Shown here: piece by piece, positions 58,100 to 64,000 of the stretch
Numbering within the stretch: position 1 is the stretch's first letter
How the letters are laid out: every line of letters begins with the position of its first letter
Origin: Candidatus Eiseniibacteriota bacterium
GTDB lineage: Bacteria; Eisenbacteria; RBG-16-71-46; CAIMUX01; VGJL01
Assembly (NCBI GenBank): GCA_041946735.1
Contig: JBHGAY010000009.1
Location: 64,001-128,000, forward strand
DNA length: 64,000 bases
Reading direction: 5' to 3'
Notes under the pieces: generated by a model
What the model was told of the DNA's origin: nothing
What the model saw: the letters and a program-made list of their open reading frames with translations, nothing else
Databases searched by the model: none
Position numbers and translations under genes: made by a program

Positions 58100-60514
58100 A
58101 TGTCGGGTATCAAGTCCTCGCGCTCCCGGCTCCACAGCCGGACGACCGATCGCGATCGCGCGGCGCCCCATCCTGCCCGGACGGCCGCCTCGGCGGCCTC
58201 GGCCGCCGCGGGAGCGCCTCGGCCCGCGCGCGGCCGGTGGCTGCATGCCGCGGCATGGGTTGCCGTTGGCCTCTGGGGCCTGGCCGGGCTCCTTCTCGCG
58301 TCGACGGAGATCGTCGACCCCGACTTCGCGTTCCACGTGGGTTGGGGACGCGTGCTCCTGACGAACTTCCCCGGCGCATCCCACGTCACCCTCGGTCAGT
58401 CCTCCGCCGTCCAGTCCTATGCGTACAGCTACTGGCTCTACCAGGTGGCGGTCTCCCTTGTGTTCGGCTCGGGGGGCGCCGGGGCCGTCGTACTGCTGCG
58501 CGCCTTGCTGCTCGCGGCCGCCTTCTTCCTCGCCGTTCGGATCGCCCTCCGCCAAGGCGTCCCCGTCGTCTCGATCCCGATCCTCCTCGCATTCGCCCTG
58601 GTGACCGCTCAGGAGCGCTTCCTCGACCGCCCGGAACTGGTCTCCTACGTCCTGTGGGTCGCCGCCCTCGGCGTTCTGATGCGGCCCGGCAGCCGGGATC
58701 GTCGCGCGCTCCGCCTCCTCGTGCCGATTCTGGTCCTCTGGACGAACACGCACCTCAGCTTCCCGCTGATGCTCGGCATGGTGGGGCTCTTCGCCATCGG
58801 TGAGAGGCTCGAGGGCCAGCCGCTCCGGCCGCGAGCCATCCAGATCGCCGTGCTCCTCCTCGCGAGCTTCCTGAATCCGGCCGGCCCGCTCGTGTGGCGC
58901 AGTCTCGAGCAGATCGTGCCGTTCTTCGGACGGGGACAAGGGCTGCCGTTCCGGATCGAGGAGATGACGAGCCCGTTCGGCTCCTACCAGGAAAGCCCGG
59001 CCGTCTGGGCTTTCCGGATCGGGATGCCCCTCTTGGTCGCCGCAGCGCTTCTCGCCCGCCGTAGGATGCCGGCCGGCGCATTGCTCGTCCTGCTGGCGAG
59101 CGCGCTTCTCGCGGCCCGTGCACGGCGCGCGATGCCGCTCTTCGCGCTGACCACGCTGTGTGTGACGCCCGCCGCCCTCCGGGCGCTGTTCGAGGGGACA
59201 CGCGATCGGGAGCGGCGTCCGGCCACGAAGATCGCCCGAGCGATCGGCATAGCCCTGGTGGCGGTTCCGCTCTTCGCAGGGGTCGTTACCGTCCTCGGCC
59301 TCGCCAACGGGCGGATCTTCCTCGCTCTGGATCAGGACCGGTCGATCGCGTTTCGGATGAGCCCGCGCTTCCCGGCGCTCGAAGCGGCGCGCTTCCTGCA
59401 CGACCAGGGAGTGCAGGGCCCGGTCTTTCACAATGCGGTCGCTGCCCCCGCGATCCTCTTGGAGAACGGGACGCGGCTGACGCCCTTTCTCGACGCGCGC
59501 TGGCGTGGGACGCCGGAGGCGGTCGCCATCTATCAATCGATCCGGACGGCCGGCGACGCAGCAATCGCGGAGCGATGGAAGCAGGCGATGGAGGCCCGTG
59601 GTTTCGAGGCGGTGCTCCTCGACTTCTATGAGATGCCGGCGCTGCTGCGGCTCCTCGACGAGGACCCGCGATGGGCGTTCGTCCACGTGGACGAGACGGC
59701 GGCCGTCTTCGTCCGGAGACAGGGAGCGAACGCGGCGATCGCCCGACGACTCGAGAATGCCGAGCCGCTTCGCGCCGGCCGCGATCCGGTGCGCGAGCAG
59801 GCGCTCGCCGACGCGATCGTGCGCTTCCTGAACTCCCCGGCGCCGTCGCTGCTCGCGCCGGTGCGCTTCCCCTACGGACCGTTCTACGATGCGAACCTCG
59901 CGCTGCAGCTCGGACGCACCTACGACACGCAGGAGGCGTATCTGCGGCTCCTGCAGCAGGAGCACGGCTCGCTGCATGGCAGCACGCATCGCACGGAGAT
60001 CCTGAACAACCTGCTTTGGGCTCTGCGCGACGCCGACCAGCCGGCTGCCACCGCCGGTCTCGCCGCAGCCGTCGCGACCGATCCGGCCACCGGTCCCGAG
60101 GAACGCCGTAATCTCGCGCTGCGACGGGCTCGGGCGCTCGACCGTCTCGGAGAGGACGAAGAAGCGGAGCGACTTGCTCGCCAGGTCGTGGAAGATCCGG
60201 CGGCGAACCCGGATCAGAAGTGGGCCGGCTGGTGCCGTGTCGCGAGCATTCGGTCGGAGGCTTCGGACTTCGAGGAGACGGCGGCGGCGCTGCGCCGGGC
60301 GACCGAGGCGCGGCCCGGCTCGGCGGAGACGTATCGATCGCTCGGAACGGTGCTCGACGTCAAGCTGGCGCGCCCGGCCGAGGCGCGTGAATCGTACCGG
60401 CGGTTCGTGGAGCTGGGCGGCGACGATCCATGGGTCGTCGAGCGGCTTCGCGCGCTGGGAGAGGCGCCGCGAGGCGGCTCGCCTGGCGCTGCCGTTGCCG
60501 ATTCGATCCGCTAG
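58100..60514 (+). CDS. Polytopic membrane protein with C-terminal TPRs (putative GT-C fold)
   Basis: DPDFAFHVGWG after TM1, RPELVS, LWTNTH, LNPAG, FLDAR; TPR-like tail. Confidence 0.65.
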   Translation: MSGIKSSRSRLHSRTTDRDRAAPHPARTAASAASAAAGAPRPARGRWLHAAAWVAVGLWGLAGLLLASTEIVDPDFAFHVGWGRVLLTNFPGASHVTLGQSSAVQSYAYSYWLYQVAVSLVFGSGGAGAVVLLRALLLAAAFFLAVRIALRQGVPVVSIPILLAFALVTAQERFLDRPELVSYVLWVAALGVLMRPGSRDRRALRLLVPILVLWTNTHLSFPLMLGMVGLFAIGERLEGQPLRPRAIQIAVLLLASFLNPAGPLVWRSLEQIVPFFGRGQGLPFRIEEMTSPFGSYQESPAVWAFRIGMPLLVAAALLARRRMPAGALLVLLASALLAARARRAMPLFALTTLCVTPAALRALFEGTRDRERRPATKIARAIGIALVAVPLFAGVVTVLGLANGRIFLALDQDRSIAFRMSPRFPALEAARFLHDQGVQGPVFHNAVAAPAILLENGTRLTPFLDARWRGTPEAVAIYQSIRTAGDAAIAERWKQAMEARGFEAVLLDFYEMPALLRLLDEDPRWAFVHVDETAAVFVRRQGANAAIARRLENAEPLRAGRDPVREQALADAIVRFLNSPAPSLLAPVRFPYGPFYDANLALQLGRTYDTQEAYLRLLQQEHGSLHGSTHRTEILNNLLWALRDADQPAATAGLAAAVATDPATGPEERRNLALRRARALDRLGEDEEAERLARQVVEDPAANPDQKWAGWCRVASIRSEASDFEETAAALRRATEARPGSAETYRSLGTVLDVKLARPAEARESYRRFVELGGDDPWVVERLRALGEAPRGGSPGAAVADSIR

Positions 60515-60757
60515 CACTCTCGCCGTTCATCCGCCCACACCCTCTGGGCCAGCGCATCCGTTGGAGAAATCCTGATCCTGCTGCCGCATGCGGTTCTCGC
60601 GAAACGCTGCTTCCGCGGCGCTGGGAAGCAGGGAGATCGCGACCCTGCTCGTCTCGCATCATCCTCCCAAGGAGGTGCTCCTCGACTCCGGCAGGCCCGC
60701 CGGGGGCCTTCTCTTGTCGACGGCGGGAGTCCCCGCTGACGGACGTATACTTGCGCC

Positions 60758-61519
60758 ATGCCGCGCTGCATCGTCCGCGAGGTCGAGGCGAAGTCGATCC
60801 TCAATCGCTCGAAGATCCACGATTACTGCGTCAATCCGTATACCGGCTGCGAGGTAGGGTGCGCCTACTGTTACGCGGCGCTGTTCATGCGCCGCTACAG
60901 CGGGCACAGCGAGCCGTGGGGAGCCTTCGTCGACATCAAGGTCAACGCGCCCGATCTTCTCGCGAGGCAGATCCTCCGAGCGAAGCGCGGGACGATCTGG
61001 TTCGCCTCCGTGTGCGATCCCTACCAGCCGATCGAGGAGCGGTATGCGCTGACGCGTCGCTTGCTCGAAGTCCTGGCAGGCCGGGACTTCCCCGTTTCGA
61101 TCCAGACGAAGTCCGCTCTCGTACGCCGCGACCTTGACGTCATTCGCCGCATTCCCAACGTCGAGGTCGGATTCACCATCACCACGGAAGACGAGACGAT
61201 GGCGAAACTGTTCGAGCCGAAAGCCTCCCCGGTCCGCGAGCGTGTGGCGGTCCTACGCGAGTTCCGGAAGGCGGGGATCGCCACGTTCGCCTTCGCCGGC
61301 CCCTTGCTTCCCGGAGATCCCGAGAAGCTTGCCGCGCTCCTTCGTGGAGCGGTCGATCGTGTTCTCGTCGATCGGATGAACTACGAGTCGTCGGTGAGGA
61401 AGGTCTACGCCCGCCACGGTCTGCTGCATGCCCTCGACGATTCCTTCTTTCGCGCGCAGGCGAAGCGGTTGGCCGAAGCCCTACGCGGCAGCGGCGTCCG
61501 TGTCGAAGTCCTCTTCTGA
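60758..61519 (+). CDS. Radical SAM protein, SPL/Rv2578c-like DNA repair family
   Basis: NPYTGCEVGCAYCYA, DPYQPIE, QTKS, FEP. Confidence 0.88.
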   Translation: MPRCIVREVEAKSILNRSKIHDYCVNPYTGCEVGCAYCYAALFMRRYSGHSEPWGAFVDIKVNAPDLLARQILRAKRGTIWFASVCDPYQPIEERYALTRRLLEVLAGRDFPVSIQTKSALVRRDLDVIRRIPNVEVGFTITTEDETMAKLFEPKASPVRERVAVLREFRKAGIATFAFAGPLLPGDPEKLAALLRGAVDRVLVDRMNYESSVRKVYARHGLLHALDDSFFRAQAKRLAEALRGSGVRVEVLF

Positions 61520-61660
61520 CCCGAGCCGCGCGCGCGCCTGGCATCGCCCGCGCGCGGGCACTTCCCTGTGTCAAGGTTTTGAGCGAAATCCCTGGGCGGA
61601 TTGCGCTAGAATCTCTCCGCGCCATGGTGGCCCCGGCTACGCCGCGACCTGGGAGGTGCC

Positions 61661-63799
61661 ATGCAGATCCTGGCTGCGATCCTCGCGACCCTCATCTTCG
61701 CTTGTGTCTGTTCACCGACTGCTGCGCGCGATTTGATCCCGTACGTGAACTCGATTCTCTGGAGCGGCGCTCGCGACGCCGTCGTTCAGCAGGATTTTGC
61801 CTATTGCGCCTTCGCGAACGGCCTCGTTGTCCTCGACGTCGCCGACCCGGCGGAGCCAGAGCTCGTGGGCCGCGCCTATGTGCAAGGCTCCGGGCGCGCA
61901 ATCGCGATCGACGCCAGCCATGTATTTCTTGCAGACGAACGCTCCGGACTGCGGATCTTCGACGTTTCCTCGCCGGCCGATCCGGTTCTCGTCGGCGGCT
62001 GGGACTCACCGGGGGAAGCTTGGGACGTGGCAGTCCAAGCGGGTTACGCCTACGTGGCCGACGGCCCGGGCGATCTGGAAATCCTCGACGTGCGCGACCC
62101 GTCCGCGCCGGCACGAGTGGGGACCTACGTCACTCCCGGACCGGCATCGGCCATCGCGGTCTCCGGAGACCTCGCCTACGTGTTGAACGGCTGGGACGAC
62201 ATGTACATCGTCTCGGTTGCCAATCCCGCCCATCCCGTGCTGGTCGGCACCTACTTCGCGTGCTGCGCATTCGACGTCGCCGTCGACGGCGACCTGGCAT
62301 ACCTCGCTTGCTCCGAAGGAGGCGAGCGGAGCACCGGCTGGCTGGAGGTCGTCGACGTAAGCGATCCCAGGCGGGCCGAGCGGGTTGGCCGCTGCTGGAC
62401 ACCGGAAGGAACGTCTGCTGTCGCTGTCTCCAGCCCCAGCGCCTATGCCTACGTCACGGTGAACGCCACCTTGGGATCCGTGGAGGTCATCGACATCTCC
62501 AACCCGCGGAGCCCCGAGGTCATCGGCAGCGCGACGACACCCATCGGAGCGGAAGGGCTCTGCGTCGCCGGCGATCATGTCTACGCCGCGGCCGGAGTGC
62601 AGGGGCTGCAGATCATCGATGTGTCCCAGCCGGCCTCGCCGGAGCTGGCCGGAAGCTGGTGCGAGGGGGGCGGCGCGAGCGAGCTGTGTGTCGACGGGGA
62701 CTATCTCTACCTCGCGGATTGGGTCGCAGGCCTGCGAGTCGTCTCGGTCGCCGATCCCGCGAACCCGGTCGCGGTGAGCCAGCTCGACATCCCCTCCTAC
62801 GCCACGGACGTCTGCTTCGCAAAGGGGTGCGCGTTCGTCGCCGCCTGGGAGGCGGGACTGAGGATCGTCGACGTCAGCGACCCCGCACAGCCCGTGGAGC
62901 TGGCAACCTGGGAGGGAACGGCTCGCGGCGTATGCGTCGCTGGCGACTACGCGTACGTCGGCGCCGGCCTGGCCGGCCTCGTGATCCTGGATGTCTCCGA
63001 TCCCAGGGATCCGCGGTTGGCGGCAGCCTGCCCGCTCGATGGAGTCTCGGGTCGACTCGTCGTGAACGATGCGCGCGCCTACATCTCGGGTGCCGGCGGC
63101 GGGATGCAGATCGTCGACCTCGAGGATCCCGCGCATCCCGTCGCCTTGGGCTCCTATGATCCCACCAACGCGATCAATGAGGTCGCTGTGCAGGGCGACT
63201 ACGCGTACGCGACGAACAGCGGCGACGGACTGCGAGTGCTTGACGTGTCCGATCCGATGCATCCGGTCCTCGTCGCCACAGCGGAGGTCCCTGGATACGC
63301 CGACGGCATTCATCTCGTCGACGGTTTCGCCTATGTGGCGGACTCCTTCCGGGGCGGCCTGCTCGTCTTCGACGTCGGCGATCCGCTGCATCCTCGCATG
63401 GTCGCCCAGTACCCCACGCCCGGTTCGGCCCGCGCGGTTTGGGCTGCCGGCGCCCACATCTACGTGGCCGACTGCTATTCGCTGATGGTCTTCGGGCGGC
63501 CGAACAGCGCCGTGCCGGGCTCCCTTTCCTGGGACGCCTCGTCGTCGCTGGCTCGCATCAGCCCGAATCCTTTCCGCGTGCGAACGACGGTCTCCGGCAT
63601 CCTCCCCGAACCCGCGAATCTTCGCGTGGAGGTCTTCGACATCCTCGGCCGCCGCGTTGCGAGGCTCGAGGAGAGCGAGCGTCCTGCCGGAGCCTGGCAA
63701 GTCATCTGGGACGCGACCGAGGTGTCCCCCGGCGTCTACTTCTGCGGCATCACGGCCGGGACGCAGTCCCTCGTCCGACATGTCGTCGTGATCCGGTGA
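61661..63799 (+). CDS. Secreted LVIVD-repeat beta-propeller protein with FlgD-Ig/T9SS-like C-terminal domain
   Basis: About 13 AYVA...L.I.DVSDP repeats; PNPF...FDILGR...WD...GVYF tail; GGGAGG SD. Confidence 0.9.
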   Translation: MQILAAILATLIFACVCSPTAARDLIPYVNSILWSGARDAVVQQDFAYCAFANGLVVLDVADPAEPELVGRAYVQGSGRAIAIDASHVFLADERSGLRIFDVSSPADPVLVGGWDSPGEAWDVAVQAGYAYVADGPGDLEILDVRDPSAPARVGTYVTPGPASAIAVSGDLAYVLNGWDDMYIVSVANPAHPVLVGTYFACCAFDVAVDGDLAYLACSEGGERSTGWLEVVDVSDPRRAERVGRCWTPEGTSAVAVSSPSAYAYVTVNATLGSVEVIDISNPRSPEVIGSATTPIGAEGLCVAGDHVYAAAGVQGLQIIDVSQPASPELAGSWCEGGGASELCVDGDYLYLADWVAGLRVVSVADPANPVAVSQLDIPSYATDVCFAKGCAFVAAWEAGLRIVDVSDPAQPVELATWEGTARGVCVAGDYAYVGAGLAGLVILDVSDPRDPRLAAACPLDGVSGRLVVNDARAYISGAGGGMQIVDLEDPAHPVALGSYDPTNAINEVAVQGDYAYATNSGDGLRVLDVSDPMHPVLVATAEVPGYADGIHLVDGFAYVADSFRGGLLVFDVGDPLHPRMVAQYPTPGSARAVWAAGAHIYVADCYSLMVFGRPNSAVPGSLSWDASSSLARISPNPFRVRTTVSGILPEPANLRVEVFDILGRRVARLEESERPAGAWQVIWDATEVSPGVYFCGITAGTQSLVRHVVVIR

Positions 63800-63843
63800 C
63801 GATCGCAGACTGCGGGCTCGCCGCAGCGGGAGAGATGAAGGGA

Positions 63844-63871
63844 GCGCCGAGGCTTCACGGAGCCCCGGCGC
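63844..63871. terminator. Hairpin between convergent genes
   Basis: GCGCCGAGGCT-TCACGG-AGCCCCGGCGC. Confidence 0.55.
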
Positions 63872-63903
63872 CTCAATGCGAACAAAGATCAGAAGCTGAA
63901 AGA

Positions 63904-64000
63904 TCAGAAGCGGTAGGACAGACCGAGGCTTGCGCGCTCCATCCAGACGTCGTCCGCCTTGCCGTCGACGGACAGCCCCTCGGCGTCGTTCGGCGGGAAG
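63904..64000 (-). CDS. C-terminus of an outer-membrane beta-barrel protein (partial)
   Basis: ...DDVWMERASLGLSYRF-stop, a typical beta-signal ending in Phe. Confidence 0.65.
   Translation of the reverse strand, partial: FPPNDAEGLSVDGKADDVWMERASLGLSYRF

Overview
GC-rich bacterial chromosomal window, densely coding, with no mobile element, rRNA, tRNA or CRISPR array that I can support. Two secreted proteins carry FlgD-Ig/T9SS-like C-terminal tails, which suggests a diderm FCB-related lineage (inference). In order it encodes: queC-queE with an upstream NUDIX-FNR fusion; degP-rpoZ; a minus-strand operon (SufS-like enzyme, DUF2723 membrane protein, cyclase, lipoprotein, hypothetical, SDR); an archaeal-type GAPDH-like gene with treZ and a glycogen debranching enzyme; a PTPS-II/folE/SDR cluster resembling a complete tetrahydrobiopterin pathway; DHH, ygfZ and M48 genes; the classical menaquinone operon menFDHBACE plus a thioesterase; iscS-iscA, miaB, mtaB; LysR; a B12 cluster (nrdJ, pduO, ACT protein, IcmA-type mutase); a TPR-bEBP, a TPR-HTH and several secreted or membrane proteins. 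The most striking unexplained element is a ~200-nt minus-strand unit at 45676-45912. It has its own sigma70-like promoter, a 20-nt tract nearly complementary to the 16S rRNA 3' end, an 11-codon ORF, competing hairpins right after the stop and a branched terminator-like stem. All assignments come from reading motifs by eye; no searches were run.
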